DNA of 49,044 nucleotides from an uncultured Roseivirgaceae bacterium (GCA_964351175.1 CAYGNU010000001.1:1-49044), one strand, 5' to 3'. Positions 1 through 10,534 are shown, counted from the first letter of the stretch. Notes: a model not told the origin generated them from the sequence alone. Numbers and translations: made by a program.

Positions 1-55
1 TAAACATTGAACTCATATTGGTTACTGAGCTAACATCCCATCCGCTGATGTTTTG
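1..55. repeat. 55-bp terminal direct repeat (copy 1); probable assembly overlap of a circular contig
   Basis: 1-55 is identical to 48990-49044. Confidence 0.95.
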
Positions 56-1408
56 ATTGAACGATGTAGCCCCATAAAACATTTCTGATGTGTTCGTTGC
101 TCCTGACATATCCCATCCGCTGATGTTTTGGTTGAACGATGTATTGCTTTGAAATGTGCTGTTGAAACTTGTTACACCAGAAACATCCCATCCGGTAATG
201 TCTTGGTTAAACGGGCAACTCTCAAAGGTTTGAAAAAGAGATGTATTTGAACTAACATCCCACCCAGATATATTTTGATTGAATGAAGTTAGTCTAAACA
301 TTGAGCCAATATTTGTTACAGAGCTTACATCCCATGAAGTTATATTTCCATTGAAAGCTGAGGCAATGTTAAACATTGAATCCATAGTAATAGGATCACT
401 AGAGAAAACCCAACTATTTAAACTCTGATTAAATACTGAGCAAGAAGAAAACATTCTTTCAAAGCTTATGCAAGAGCTAACATCCCAAGAATCAACATCA
501 GGCTCATTAAAACTTGTACATCCAAAAAAGAATCTTCCTAAGTCTGTGCAAAGTGACATATCCCAGTCCTCAATAAATGGAATAGTCGTTAAAGATGTGC
601 ATGAGTAAAAAAACTCTTTTCCATACGTCATTTGATAATTAAGTCCGTCTTCTATCCCTGTTAAAATAAGATTAGAACAACCATAAAATGCTCCACCTTC
701 TAAAGTTAAACTTCCATGATTAAATATACCCCATCTTGTTATTGATAGCATCTTTAATCTATCAAGGGAATTATCAAACGCCCATCCGATAAATGAAGTT
801 CCCCAAATCTTAATTATATAGGTGTTGTCAGTTGAATAAGTATGATCGATTTCAGCTTGAGCATATCCTGTGATATGGTCAACTGATCCTCCATCTCCCC
901 AATCAATATAGTAATCATAAGTTCCCGTTGATACTGTTGGAATCTTAAAATGAGTGGCCGCTGTTGAACCTGTACTTGTGTTGGCTGTATTTACCGTGAA
1001 AACGAACGGATTCAAAGTTGTTGCGCTTGCCTCGGATGTGAAATTACTATTCAGAGTGTCGCCTATTGCCCTGACTTTATAGTAGTAAACAGTATTATGA
1101 GCAAGCCCTGTATCTTCATAACTCGTTGCATCAGCTGCTGTCGTTGCTATAAGGCTAAATCCTGATCCTGAAGTCGTGCTTCTGTAAATCTGGAATCCTG
1201 TTTCCGTGTCGCTGTTGTCAGTCCATGATAAATCAAGTTGCTCTGGAACTGTTGCTGCAACTGCAAGTCCGCTCGGGGCTGTTAGAAATAATTGAATTGA
1301 ACATTTTGTTGTTATAGGCAAATCAGAAACATCTTTATTAGAACCCGATATTCTTCTGAACCTAAGAAAATTAAATGTGTTATCTGGAAATCTGTTCTTG
1401 CAAGCCAT
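1..1408 (-). CDS. 5' part of a ~554-aa FN3 + PKD-like + DUF285/BspA-repeat protein (putative tail fibre/adhesin); continues at 48989..48733
   Basis: ATG at 1408 (MACKNRFPDNTF). FN3 motifs APSGL..LSWTDNS..GFQIYRS..YYYKVRA; PKD-like IDWGDG; repeats of the FNQNISGWDVSSVTNMSSMF type; in frame with ORF 48733..49005 across the overlap. Missed by the ORF track. Confidence 0.85.
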   Translation of the reverse strand, partial: MACKNRFPDNTFNFLRFRRISGSNKDVSDLPITTKCSIQLFLTAPSGLAVAATVPEQLDLSWTDNSDTETGFQIYRSTTSGSGFSLIATTAADATSYEDTGLAHNTVYYYKVRAIGDTLNSNFTSEASATTLNPFVFTVNTANTSTGSTAATHFKIPTVSTGTYDYYIDWGDGGSVDHITGYAQAEIDHTYSTDNTYIIKIWGTSFIGWAFDNSLDRLKMLSITRWGIFNHGSLTLEGGAFYGCSNLILTGIEDGLNYQMTYGKEFFYSCTSLTTIPFIEDWDMSLCTDLGRFFFGCTSFNEPDVDSWDVSSCISFERMFSSCSVFNQSLNSWVFSSDPITMDSMFNIASAFNGNITSWDVSSVTNIGSMFRLTSFNQNISGWDVSSNTSLFQTFESCPFNQDITGWDVSGVTSFNSTFQSNTSFNQNISGWDMSGATNTSEMFYGATSFNQNISGWDVSSVTNMSSMF

Positions 1409-1427
1409 GATATAAAGTTAAGCTAAA

Positions 1428-4163
1428 TTATGATTTTTTTCCCCAACCGGTGATTTCTGTTTGTTTGTTCTTTGGTTCGTAAATAACCTCAGTCGGGTAC
1501 ATTTTAAAGGCCGTTCCCTCATTATCAACCGATGACACGTATCCCCAATCTTTCGACCCGTGTTCGCCTGATAAAGCCCTTAATAAAACAATTAACTCGC
1601 TGTCATACTCAAGTGAGCAAATCATTCTATATTTCTTCCTGTTTAAATAGGTAGGATTAAAAGCCCTAACGGCTGTCAGTGTGTGATCTTGAGATTCGGA
1701 TATGGCTGTTGCGCCTGTCAAATCACCTCCTGTTTTCTGTAAATCAGTGTTGTTAACTCTAGAGGTAAACTTTATTTTCAACGAACCATCTTTTTCGTTA
1801 ATTACCCCTCCAAAATAATCCCACCACTCAAAAAGAATTCCTGATGGTGTGTGTGTTAAATTGTAAACAGATGGAGGGTCTGTTATGCCTGTAATCGCTG
1901 AAAATCCTTCTATCCTTTGAGGTAAAAATATGTCAACATCAAAATCGAAAGCATAGTATAAATTGAATGTTCCTGTGTAAGATAGAACCTCGTTTGTTGT
2001 TATGATTGTTCGGTTGTTCTTTTTATCATATTCGACTTGATAAATCGTATAGGTATCCTCATTTAAAGACAGAAGCACACTATTAATTCCAACGTTTATT
2101 TCTGTGGCTGAATCTAATTGACCTTCCAGATAGTACCCATTAAGAATCAATTCATAAGCCCCATCCATCTCAACACTTTGACGAATTTCGTTTGCTGTTT
2201 CCGTAATACCTGATATATGAATTACTCTGTTGCTAGAGTTGAACCTTTTTGTGTGGATAATGAAAACAGCTTCATCGGATTGGTCTGATTCTTTGTTCTG
2301 CCTTTTAAGCCTTTTTATTCTTTCGATTTCTACATCATCCGTAATAACATCGCAAACGATAGATTCTTTTTCTTTTACGCTTTCAATTGGCAATAAATAT
2401 CCCCTCGTGGTATTGAATGAATCCGAACCTCCGCTTTCGTTTGTTTTGGCGTATTTACTATATCCAACTTCTACCTCGTTGAATATTAAATCATCGTTGT
2501 TATCGATAATTAATTCCTCATAAGTAGTTATTGACAATATTTCAACATCTTGAAAAAAGTGTGAAGCCCTTTCGACAACAACTTTTTCATTTCCAGAATA
2601 ATCAACTATCGCGAAACCTGCATTATATCGAACCCTTATAAAATCAAGAATATCTCTTATGCTACAAATAAGCGATTTTTCTAAAAGCCGTATTTTTTGG
2701 CCTGTTGTTATAAAGTTCATCGACGCAACACCATCACTCACAGCTCCATCTTCAGTTCTTTGTAAAATGGTTGATACTAATGGGTTATAAGTTTGATTTC
2801 CGATTGCTTTTTGAATTAGTTTATTGAGTAACGGATATATAAAATCACCCTCTGTTGTGCTTGGTTCGGAATATGTGTCTGCGTTTATAATTACATAATC
2901 ATCACGAATAATATTTCCGCTTGCCTCACCTATTGGAGTTTGATAGAAAGATTTATCCGTTGCGCTTGTAAAGAATATGAATACCTGACTTCCTTTACTT
3001 AAAATTATTTGAGTATCTAATTCATACTCAGCATATCCAGTTCCAAATGTCGGGTCTGTTGATGTTGATTTGGTAAAAGTTACATCCGTGACATTTTCGC
3101 CTGTTGCATCGGTGTATCTTAGAACACAATTATCAGGATTCCCCCATCCACTAGTCACGCCCAAAAATCCGTTCTGAGTGGTGAACCTTGCCTCTATATT
3201 ATAGACACCATCATATTCAGCTTCATGGAAAACACCTAAATCGGCTTCACTGTGCCATTCATTTCGGCCAAAACCAACCACACTCAAAGAACTTTTTATC
3301 TGAACTGTTGGTGCTACATCCATAAAACCACCAGACCCTCCCCCTTTTGGTTGAAAAAAGCCAGTATCAATAGAGACGACATCTTCTGTGTAAATACTGA
3401 AAACATAATCGCCCTCGTATTCGAGTAAAATAGCTCTAGAATGAAGCGGAATTGTTTTTAATGTTAAAGCCGTATCAGACACTCCGTCAAGGTTTTCAGA
3501 TGATTCAACATCAATATCCGTGTCTAGTCTAGTCCTTAATTTATCGTTTAGTCTTACACGTTTTAACCTGCAAGAAAAAGCGTAATCAAGTTGCTTCGCT
3601 GAATCAAGGTTAATTTTCCATTCTTTATATTCCTCGCTTCCTCCTGTTGGTGTCCTGTAAGCCCTTAACATTAAAAGACAATCAAAACCCCCTGTTTCTT
3701 GAACATTTAATATGAAACTAAATGGACTATATGTTTCGCCCGCTGCCAATATCTTATCGAAAAGAACAGTTAACTCACCATCAGAATATTCACTATTAAA
3801 GCCTCTGTATTTTAAGCTTCTTACTAGACTAAATTTTTGGTCTGCGAAAGCCTCGGGTTCATCTAAATCTATGTAATCAGATTCTAAAGTAAAATCATCG
3901 ATATCATTTATGGTGAAATAAAGCGAACCACTATTGACAGTCTCGTTTTCAAATGTCCCTGTAATTCTTCTGATTTTTACATAATCGTTTCTTTCATACT
4001 CAACAACCTCACCCGTCGCCCCACTTGTTGCTCCTGTTAAAATTGACCCCACCGGTATAGAACCAAGACTGGATGTAATATCACGAAAAACGAGAGTGCT
4101 AATTAAAACACCGTTCACATCTACAATAGTGAATCTTTCATTAAACTGTCCGAAATAACTCAT
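1428..4163 (-). CDS. Tail/baseplate structural protein (911 aa)
   Basis: Large ORF directly after the tape measure gene; N-terminal ILTGATSGATGEVV motif typical of virion proteins. Confidence 0.6.
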   Translation of the reverse strand: MSYFGQFNERFTIVDVNGVLISTLVFRDITSSLGSIPVGSILTGATSGATGEVVEYERNDYVKIRRITGTFENETVNSGSLYFTINDIDDFTLESDYIDLDEPEAFADQKFSLVRSLKYRGFNSEYSDGELTVLFDKILAAGETYSPFSFILNVQETGGFDCLLMLRAYRTPTGGSEEYKEWKINLDSAKQLDYAFSCRLKRVRLNDKLRTRLDTDIDVESSENLDGVSDTALTLKTIPLHSRAILLEYEGDYVFSIYTEDVVSIDTGFFQPKGGGSGGFMDVAPTVQIKSSLSVVGFGRNEWHSEADLGVFHEAEYDGVYNIEARFTTQNGFLGVTSGWGNPDNCVLRYTDATGENVTDVTFTKSTSTDPTFGTGYAEYELDTQIILSKGSQVFIFFTSATDKSFYQTPIGEASGNIIRDDYVIINADTYSEPSTTEGDFIYPLLNKLIQKAIGNQTYNPLVSTILQRTEDGAVSDGVASMNFITTGQKIRLLEKSLICSIRDILDFIRVRYNAGFAIVDYSGNEKVVVERASHFFQDVEILSITTYEELIIDNNDDLIFNEVEVGYSKYAKTNESGGSDSFNTTRGYLLPIESVKEKESIVCDVITDDVEIERIKRLKRQNKESDQSDEAVFIIHTKRFNSSNRVIHISGITETANEIRQSVEMDGAYELILNGYYLEGQLDSATEINVGINSVLLSLNEDTYTIYQVEYDKKNNRTIITTNEVLSYTGTFNLYYAFDFDVDIFLPQRIEGFSAITGITDPPSVYNLTHTPSGILFEWWDYFGGVINEKDGSLKIKFTSRVNNTDLQKTGGDLTGATAISESQDHTLTAVRAFNPTYLNRKKYRMICSLEYDSELIVLLRALSGEHGSKDWGYVSSVDNEGTAFKMYPTEVIYEPKNKQTEITGWGKKS

Positions 4164-7100
4164 TTACCAATCATTTTCAGTTCTTACTGCTTTGTCTGTG
4201 TGGCTTCCCCTTTTTCTATCTCTAGATAAACCAAGAACACCGAATTTGAATTGATGTATCTCAGGGAGTGATTTAATTGCACTATGAAACTCGCTTGCCA
4301 AATAATCATTTTCAGCCTTCTGATTTTTTATCAAAGTGTTTATTAATTTGGCCTGTGTTGGATTTAAATTATTCAATTTATCGTTTTCAGACACATTAAA
4401 ATCAATAGAGCTATCTATTTTATTTAAATCCTTTGTTTTTTCCAGAATATTTCTAGTTATAACATGATTCAAGACTTTTGATCCAGCCGGTAAATCAACA
4501 ACCTGAGGTTCGTTTGCTATACTAACACTCCCATCGGGTTTCGCTATAATCTCAGCCCCTAATTCACCGACTATCGCCTTTCCTAGCTTGGAGTGCTCTG
4601 TCCCTTTAAAGTAAGCCGGTAACGGCTGAGACGCTGCTGCTGCAAGCTGAACTCCTCCTGTTATGCCTATGGCAATCGATAGAGGGATATTTAGTGTGGC
4701 TAAAGCAGCCGTCACACCTTGAGCGGTATTTAAAGCGATATTAAATAACGCCTGAGCTTTTGCTGCTTTAGCTTGCTTCCTTTGGTTCTTTAATCGCTGA
4801 TTATCTATCCTTTCCTCAATGCTGTTTATTGAAGATTCATATCTTCTGTTAATTGCTTCTTTCTGTTGAGCTGTTAAATCTTCATTATTAAGCTCCCTTT
4901 CCCTTCTTGCTTCAAGCCTATCTATCTCCGTTTGATTTATTTCTTCAAACCTTGCAAAAGCATTATCCCTCCTTATTGATTGATTATCAAAAAACTGATT
5001 AACAGCAATTGAGGCCACATCAAAAGCAGTATTAAGAGCCAACTCAATCTCTTTGCTAAACTGCTTCCAGTAAAAAGCCAACTTATTAGTCACCTCCTCT
5101 GTTTTCGATACATAAGCATCTAGTGATTTGGGAAGATTTACGGTGTTATCAACCTCTATGTCTTTAGCTACCTTCCGAGATACTTTGCCGTATTTCTCAT
5201 AAAACTCGATTTGAGTTTGTCGCTTTTCATTTAAAGCATCTTGAGCAGCTTGTAATTCTAGAGATTTTTTAAGCTCTTCTTCTGTTTGTTTCTTAACATT
5301 ATCAGAGTAAAGAGTTTGAATTCCTGCTAATATTTCAGTCTTGTTAATGTTGCTATCAATGGCCGAAGCAAATCTTTTTTCGTAATCAGACCAATTTTCT
5401 GCTCCATTTTGGACTGCCTCATTATATAAATACTGAGCTTGTGTTAGAATGCTTTTTTGCTTTCTTTCTTCTTCAGCGATTTTAGCTAGTTCAGCTCCTT
5501 TAATTTTAGCTAGTGTAACAGCTGAAACAAGTGGGTCTTTTAAAGCCACAATTAACTCACCCGATGATATTACCCCGTCATTAAATGCTGTTAACAATGT
5601 TATAAAATCTCCAAAAGCAGAAATAAATCCTGACGCAATTTGCGAGAAGAACCCTTGTCCATTTTCCAAACTAAAGACAAATTCTTGCCAACCTGAATTC
5701 AAAATATCAATCTGAGCGGATAGTGATTTTAGTTGCTTTTTAGTTAATTCATCAAGTGTCCCACCTGCATTTCTAAATGATTCAGCATATAAATTAGTCT
5801 TAGCAATATTATCAGCTAAAATCAAACCCAAAGCAGCCGACTCAACACCAAACAATTCAGAAGCTTTTTTGGCTATTATAAGCTCGTCCGTCGTTGTTGC
5901 TTTTGTTTCGTTTAATTCCGTCAAAGCTTGGTCAAGTGTTATTCCTAACTCAGATAATCTTAGAAACGAACTACTCATCAAACGTCCTGCTCTTGCTGCC
6001 TTAATTCCATTATCAACCAAAACACCAAGAACCGCTCCTGTTTTAGCAAAATCTAATCCAACAACCCTCGCGACAGGCGCAAGAAATCCGAGTGAATCTT
6101 TTATTCTTTCGAAATCTAAAGCCGTACTCGTCCTCATCTTAGCGATTATATCTGCGTATTCCTGAGCTGAATCGCTTGATTTACCGAATGCGTTAAGTGT
6201 TTGAATTAGTAATTCGCCTGCTTCGTTTGCAGGTGCTTGAAGTGCAATTGATAAATCATTGACGGGCTTTAACAGCTTTTTTATTTCACCCTCTGATTTA
6301 CCTAATGTGAAAAGGGCTGTCGCTGTTTTTGCTACCTCGTTCGCTGTATTTATAGAGGTTTTAGCAACAAATCTAATCACCTTTTCAAGACCAGAAAGTT
6401 CGCTTCTGTTTTTGCCTGCAATCGCTGCCATGTTTACAAGCTCTTTATCGAATTCCTTTATAGCATTGAAGGCATTCTTAACAATACCAACCAAAGCAAA
6501 CAAAACACCGGCAAAGCCCAAAGCCGAAGCAGCTTGACGAGCTATGTTTGTGAAACCTTTTAAAGCTAATCCATATTGACCGACATTTCTTTGATATTGA
6601 CCTGCACTCGCGTCTATTTGCTTAATCTTTGAATCAAGGTTGTTTAATTCTGTTCTCAGCTTTCTGCTTTCGGCCGAGTTAACACCTGATTGAATTGCGA
6701 CAGCTTTGTATGCTTTTCGCAATGTTTCAAGCTTTTGAGTTTCTTTTTGATACGCATCTACTAAATTTAAACTCTCTTGAGCTTGCTGTTTTAAAGCCTT
6801 GTTTTTTTCGGTTATCAACAACCGGAGTTCAGCCTGCTTTTTTGCGCTTTTACTGTCTGATATATTTAATTTTTCTTGAAGTGAAAGATTTGATTGCTGT
6901 ACCTTTTGAAGTTCTTTTATAGAGGTCGATACTTTGCTTTTTTCATTTGCTAAAGCTTTCCCGATTTCTGTATTTTCTTTTTGCTTCTTGTTATTAGCAT
7001 CAAAAGCCGCGACCTCATTGTTTACCGCTGTCGTTAATTCTACTGAGGCCTTCTGAGCTGCTTGTGTGGTGATGTTTGAATCCTTCAAGCTTTTTTCAAG

Positions 7101-7277
7101 TAATCCAATTCTCCCGATTAACTTGCTTTGAGATTCATCTATTTTCTTCCCATTGTTGATGACAGAATCTATGAAACTTGTGTAAGCCGATTCGATAGCT
7201 TGCAGTTTCTTAACGTAATTATCAAATAAAGCTAAATCAGATGATAATAATTGTTCGACTTTTATTTGCTCAGTCAT
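4164..7277 (-). CDS. Tail tape measure protein (TP901-family core)
   Basis: 1037 aa, helical, Ala/Lys-rich; core EFDKELVNMAAIAG...TANEVAKTATALFTLG; C-terminal QPLPAYFKG..AIVGELGAE. Confidence 0.9.
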   Translation of the reverse strand: MTEQIKVEQLLSSDLALFDNYVKKLQAIESAYTSFIDSVINNGKKIDESQSKLIGRIGLLEKSLKDSNITTQAAQKASVELTTAVNNEVAAFDANNKKQKENTEIGKALANEKSKVSTSIKELQKVQQSNLSLQEKLNISDSKSAKKQAELRLLITEKNKALKQQAQESLNLVDAYQKETQKLETLRKAYKAVAIQSGVNSAESRKLRTELNNLDSKIKQIDASAGQYQRNVGQYGLALKGFTNIARQAASALGFAGVLFALVGIVKNAFNAIKEFDKELVNMAAIAGKNRSELSGLEKVIRFVAKTSINTANEVAKTATALFTLGKSEGEIKKLLKPVNDLSIALQAPANEAGELLIQTLNAFGKSSDSAQEYADIIAKMRTSTALDFERIKDSLGFLAPVARVVGLDFAKTGAVLGVLVDNGIKAARAGRLMSSSFLRLSELGITLDQALTELNETKATTTDELIIAKKASELFGVESAALGLILADNIAKTNLYAESFRNAGGTLDELTKKQLKSLSAQIDILNSGWQEFVFSLENGQGFFSQIASGFISAFGDFITLLTAFNDGVISSGELIVALKDPLVSAVTLAKIKGAELAKIAEEERKQKSILTQAQYLYNEAVQNGAENWSDYEKRFASAIDSNINKTEILAGIQTLYSDNVKKQTEEELKKSLELQAAQDALNEKRQTQIEFYEKYGKVSRKVAKDIEVDNTVNLPKSLDAYVSKTEEVTNKLAFYWKQFSKEIELALNTAFDVASIAVNQFFDNQSIRRDNAFARFEEINQTEIDRLEARRERELNNEDLTAQQKEAINRRYESSINSIEERIDNQRLKNQRKQAKAAKAQALFNIALNTAQGVTAALATLNIPLSIAIGITGGVQLAAAASQPLPAYFKGTEHSKLGKAIVGELGAEIIAKPDGSVSIANEPQVVDLPAGSKVLNHVITRNILEKTKDLNKIDSSIDFNVSENDKLNNLNPTQAKLINTLIKNQKAENDYLASEFHSAIKSLPEIHQFKFGVLGLSRDRKRGSHTDKAVRTENDW

Positions 7278-7816
7278 TTTATTCGATAGCCGATTTTAAT
7301 TTCGTGTTTAAGTCTTGAATTCTGCTTCGGTGTTAATGAATATTGATATTGAAATTTGTTTTTCAAATACGCTGCTCCTATATTGAATTCTGAGCCTGTG
7401 TTTATACCTGCTAAAGCATAAAATCCGCTCGGCTGAATGGTATTTGTTATAGTTTTCTCACGTTCTACTATTCTAACCACCTCAGGCCGGTAATCTATAA
7501 AGCCAAATTTTATCCAATTTAATGAGCCTGATATATTGGCTGTGTAAGTAATTTTTACGTCTTGGATTACTTCTGCTGTGTCTTTATATATTAACGTGCT
7601 GTCGCCCCCTGAAACAACGGGAGCGTCCTTGTAAATGTATCGAGTAGTAAATAAAGTATCTGTTTCTTTTATTATTACCTCTTTATAAATCAGGCTGTCT
7701 TTTGTTACTGTTTTAGTGACTGTTTTGGTTTTGTATATCACATCACCATCATGAGTTAACGTAGATAACAAATAACCAAACACCAACCCGATAACAAAAT
7801 ACAATAAATTTCTCAT
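7274..7816 (-). CDS. Membrane-anchored protein, possible spanin-like lysis protein
   Basis: N-terminal TM segment, Thr/Val-rich stalk, beta-rich C-terminus ending KIGYRIK. Confidence 0.4.
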   Translation of the reverse strand: MRNLLYFVIGLVFGYLLSTLTHDGDVIYKTKTVTKTVTKDSLIYKEVIIKETDTLFTTRYIYKDAPVVSGGDSTLIYKDTAEVIQDVKITYTANISGSLNWIKFGFIDYRPEVVRIVEREKTITNTIQPSGFYALAGINTGSEFNIGAAYLKNKFQYQYSLTPKQNSRLKHEIKIGYRIK

Positions 7817-8157
7817 AACGCCTTTTTTAGTATCTCAACAATAAACGAACCCGTGAAACCAATTAAATAAGCAGCCCCAACCTCGTCAAGCCCTTCAGGA
7901 AATGACATATTTTCACCGAGCCACGCCTGAAGATTATCGACACCTATGTAAAGAGCTGAGAAACTAAAAAAGACATGAGCCAAAATATTATCATTTCTTT
8001 TTAGAAGCCACTCTTTTAGCCATAAATACAGGCTAAAACTTTCATCCTTTTCATCTGCGATATCTTTTTCCTTGGAATATTTTAAAATCCAAACAAGCGC
8101 GATTCCTAGAATAACGCCTATTAGTTCTTCGGTTGTTATATGAGCTAAATGTTCCAT
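7813..8157 (-). CDS. Membrane protein, holin candidate
   Basis: 114 aa with about 3 hydrophobic segments and a basic C-terminus. Confidence 0.4.
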   Translation of the reverse strand: MEHLAHITTEELIGVILGIALVWILKYSKEKDIADEKDESFSLYLWLKEWLLKRNDNILAHVFFSFSALYIGVDNLQAWLGENMSFPEGLDEVGAAYLIGFTGSFIVEILKKAL

Positions 8158-8190
8158 TTTTGGTTCTTTAGCTTAAAAATAACGATAATT

Positions 8191-8499
8191 CTAACTAGAT
8201 TTTGATTTAGAATGCTTCTTTTTATAATACCTCACTCTAGAATAAAATTTATAAACGCTTAATTCAAAAGGTTTTTTTACACCTAATTCTTCAAGGTTTG
8301 CTGATAAATCCTCATAACTTTCTATTAACTGAGATACGACGTTTTTAGAATCATCAGGGTCGAAGCTTTTTGGTTCGGCTTGTTCTATAATCCAATCATC
8401 TATAGATTTAACCTTTTCAAGTATAGATTCATCGCCTCCGCTCAAGATATATTCACACTGAAATAATGCTCTTTGATTTAATTGGCTGTAATAATTCAT
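8191..8499 (-). CDS. Tail assembly chaperone, frameshift extension (gpGT-like)
   Basis: Lies in the -1 frame of 8538..8960 and is open back to the slippery A-run at 8553-8562. Confidence 0.7.
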   Translation of the reverse strand: MNYYSQLNQRALFQCEYILSGGDESILEKVKSIDDWIIEQAEPKSFDPDDSKNVVSQLIESYEDLSANLEELGVKKPFELSVYKFYSRVRYYKKKHSKSKSS

Positions 8500-8537
8500 C
8501 AGATAATCACCCCCAATTAATTCGGGGAAACTACCTA

Positions 8538-8960
8538 CTAATTCCGATTCCAGTTTTTTTTTAATTCTTCCTGAATCTTGAATAAATCTCCGGCTGTTAT
8601 GCCTGTTTTATTTATCCTTTCGCTTGTTCGTTTTAAGCCCTCGTCAGATATGTCAAAACAAGGATTCCCGTCTATACTAGAAACCAAACAGGCCAAAGAA
8701 ATAGATTTGGTATTCATTTTTTCTAGAATGGTGTAAACGTTGTATCTCTTGTTTTCACGTTCTTTGATGGCTGATTCGTATTTGCCAGAGTAAAGGAATA
8801 AATCTATTGTTTCCTCGTGCTTATCGTAATCCTCTATTGACGAACCTATTCCAATATCTTGAAGATTTATAGATTGAAATTTTATAAATCTTTCCATTGG
8901 TAATTCATACGGACTGCTCCATAATTGTAATTCTGATTTTCCTGCTTTTGCTGTTATCAT
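8538..8960 (-). CDS. Tail assembly chaperone (gpG-like)
   Basis: 140 aa ending TTA AAA AAA AAC TGG (slippery A AAA AAC); upstream of tape measure gene. Confidence 0.7.
   Translation of the reverse strand: MITAKAGKSELQLWSSPYELPMERFIKFQSINLQDIGIGSSIEDYDKHEETIDLFLYSGKYESAIKERENKRYNVYTILEKMNTKSISLACLVSSIDGNPCFDISDEGLKRTSERINKTGITAGDLFKIQEELKKNWNRN
8553..8562 (-). other. Programmed -1 ribosomal frameshift site
   Basis: A9C run; -1 frame reads KKKLESELVGSFPELIGGDYLMNYY with no stop. Confidence 0.7.
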
Positions 8961-9208
8961 TTTCTTATCACATAATTAATAGAAGTTGATGCAATACCCA
9001 TAAAAAATGAAAGAATAATGATTTTTAGACTAAAAAATTCATTATAAATAACAAGGTGAGCCGTGAATGAATACCAAAACGTTAAGCAATGCTCACAGAT
9101 ATTTGGCATATAAGATCTCTTTCTTACTTCATACCATTCCCGAATTCCTGTTTTATCCAATGTCAGGAAAAAACCTGCCATGAATAGACCTGCTAATATG
9201 CTGCTCAT
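8957..9208 (-). CDS. Small membrane protein with CxxC
   Basis: 83 aa, hydrophobic segments, CEHC. Confidence 0.5.
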   Translation of the reverse strand: MSSILAGLFMAGFFLTLDKTGIREWYEVRKRSYMPNICEHCLTFWYSFTAHLVIYNEFFSLKIIILSFFMGIASTSINYVIRK

Positions 9209-9513
9209 TTTTTCATTAACTCTTTTACCTGCTTTCTTAACTCTTCGATTTCTTTATTCTTTTCCGATAGCTGTTCTTCCCTGATTTTAGCTATTAAAGC
9301 ATCTTTTTTTCTCATGTAATTCCATAAGAAATATAATGCCACTACAGACAGAAATAAAGCTCCTAGAGGTCCGAGAATAAAATCAATCCACCTTGATTCG
9401 GCTGTGTACATCTGAGCTATACTATTCCCGAAAAACCCTATACTATAAAGAAGCGAGAGCATTAAGATTTTCAAATCTAAAAACTTTTCTAGTGCGACTA
9501 TTATTAAATACAT
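9205..9513 (-). CDS. Membrane protein with C-terminal coiled coil (holin-like)
   Basis: Two TM segments followed by a charged coiled coil. Confidence 0.45.
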   Translation of the reverse strand: MYLIIVALEKFLDLKILMLSLLYSIGFFGNSIAQMYTAESRWIDFILGPLGALFLSVVALYFLWNYMRKKDALIAKIREEQLSEKNKEIEELRKQVKELMKK

Positions 9514-10085
9514 TTCTGAATAAATGAGGTTGATAAATCTATCCTAAATCCCGAATATGGGTGTTTTAATTCTTGTTGTTCCAAGTGGTTCAACGTGTAT
9601 CCTTCGTAAACCTTTGAAGGGCTGTAATAAATATTTTCAATTATTGCCCCTGACATTTTTAGCACATCTAGAACCTCGGCCAACAAAACTTCAGTAAATC
9701 TATAATCTAGAGTATCATACGGTGAATCCCTTGCTATTATTTCCAAATTGAACCAAAATATACAACTTAAATTTAAAGTAAAATTCAAATCAGAAAAAGA
9801 TTCTGCATCGTTGATAGAAACCGGCTCGTTTACCTTGAAAAAGCTTTGAGATTTTAGCTTGTTATTCGGAAGACATGATTGATATTGTTTTTTGGTTTCG
9901 CTTGTGTAAACCTCTGGATAAATTATCTCCTTGCCTCCTTCTTCTGTTCTTCCTGTTTCGGCTTTTCCATAACTTTTATCCAACCAAGCCAAATCAGACA
10001 AAGCCACTTGCAAGACCTGTATTTCGTTGTCAACGTTATACGGATTAGTAATTAGAGGGACGTTTGGGTTCTTATAAGTGCTCAT
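9504..10085 (-). CDS. Putative tail terminator/completion protein
   Basis: Position in the neck cluster, 193 aa. Confidence 0.45.
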   Translation of the reverse strand: MSTYKNPNVPLITNPYNVDNEIQVLQVALSDLAWLDKSYGKAETGRTEEGGKEIIYPEVYTSETKKQYQSCLPNNKLKSQSFFKVNEPVSINDAESFSDLNFTLNLSCIFWFNLEIIARDSPYDTLDYRFTEVLLAEVLDVLKMSGAIIENIYYSPSKVYEGYTLNHLEQQELKHPYSGFRIDLSTSFIQKCI

Positions 10086-10534
10086 CTCAATAACAAAGTT
10101 AATAATCTATTTCGCATGAATATGATTGCATCTGAATTTAACTTTATTCGACTGTCTTTTGTAAGACCCATTAAGCTTCCTCCATATTTTAAATCAAGTT
10201 TCCCATCCTTTTTGTCGGTGTTGGTTATATTGATTTCATATTTCGTGACTTTAGCTGTTATGCCTTTATGATAATCGCCTTCAAGCCTTAAATTCACTTT
10301 ACTGACGTCAAAACCTAGACCCTTTTTAAACTCTGCGTATTTTGGACTATATTTCGGGCTGATTGTCGTACTATCTGCTCGAACGCCTGCTTCTAGTTGC
10401 TCAGCGTTTAAATCTTCGATAAGGGCTGTATTTTCGGCTAAAAAATCAACCATAATATCTTTCAGGTTAACCGAATTAAAATTTCCGATTAAATGAGTTA
10501 TTGCGTTGTTTTTTTTTATTGATTGCAAACTCAT
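10082..10534 (-). CDS. Putative neck/tail completion protein
   Basis: PKYSPKYAEFKK...VNLRLEGDYH, typical of phage morphogenesis proteins. Confidence 0.55.
   Translation of the reverse strand: MSLQSIKKNNAITHLIGNFNSVNLKDIMVDFLAENTALIEDLNAEQLEAGVRADSTTISPKYSPKYAEFKKGLGFDVSKVNLRLEGDYHKGITAKVTKYEINITNTDKKDGKLDLKYGGSLMGLTKDSRIKLNSDAIIFMRNRLLTLLLR

Noticed and set aside
1-500. Diversity-generating retroelement VR/TR pair
   Set aside because: No reverse transcriptase in the genome; the repeats are in-frame DUF285 protein repeats.
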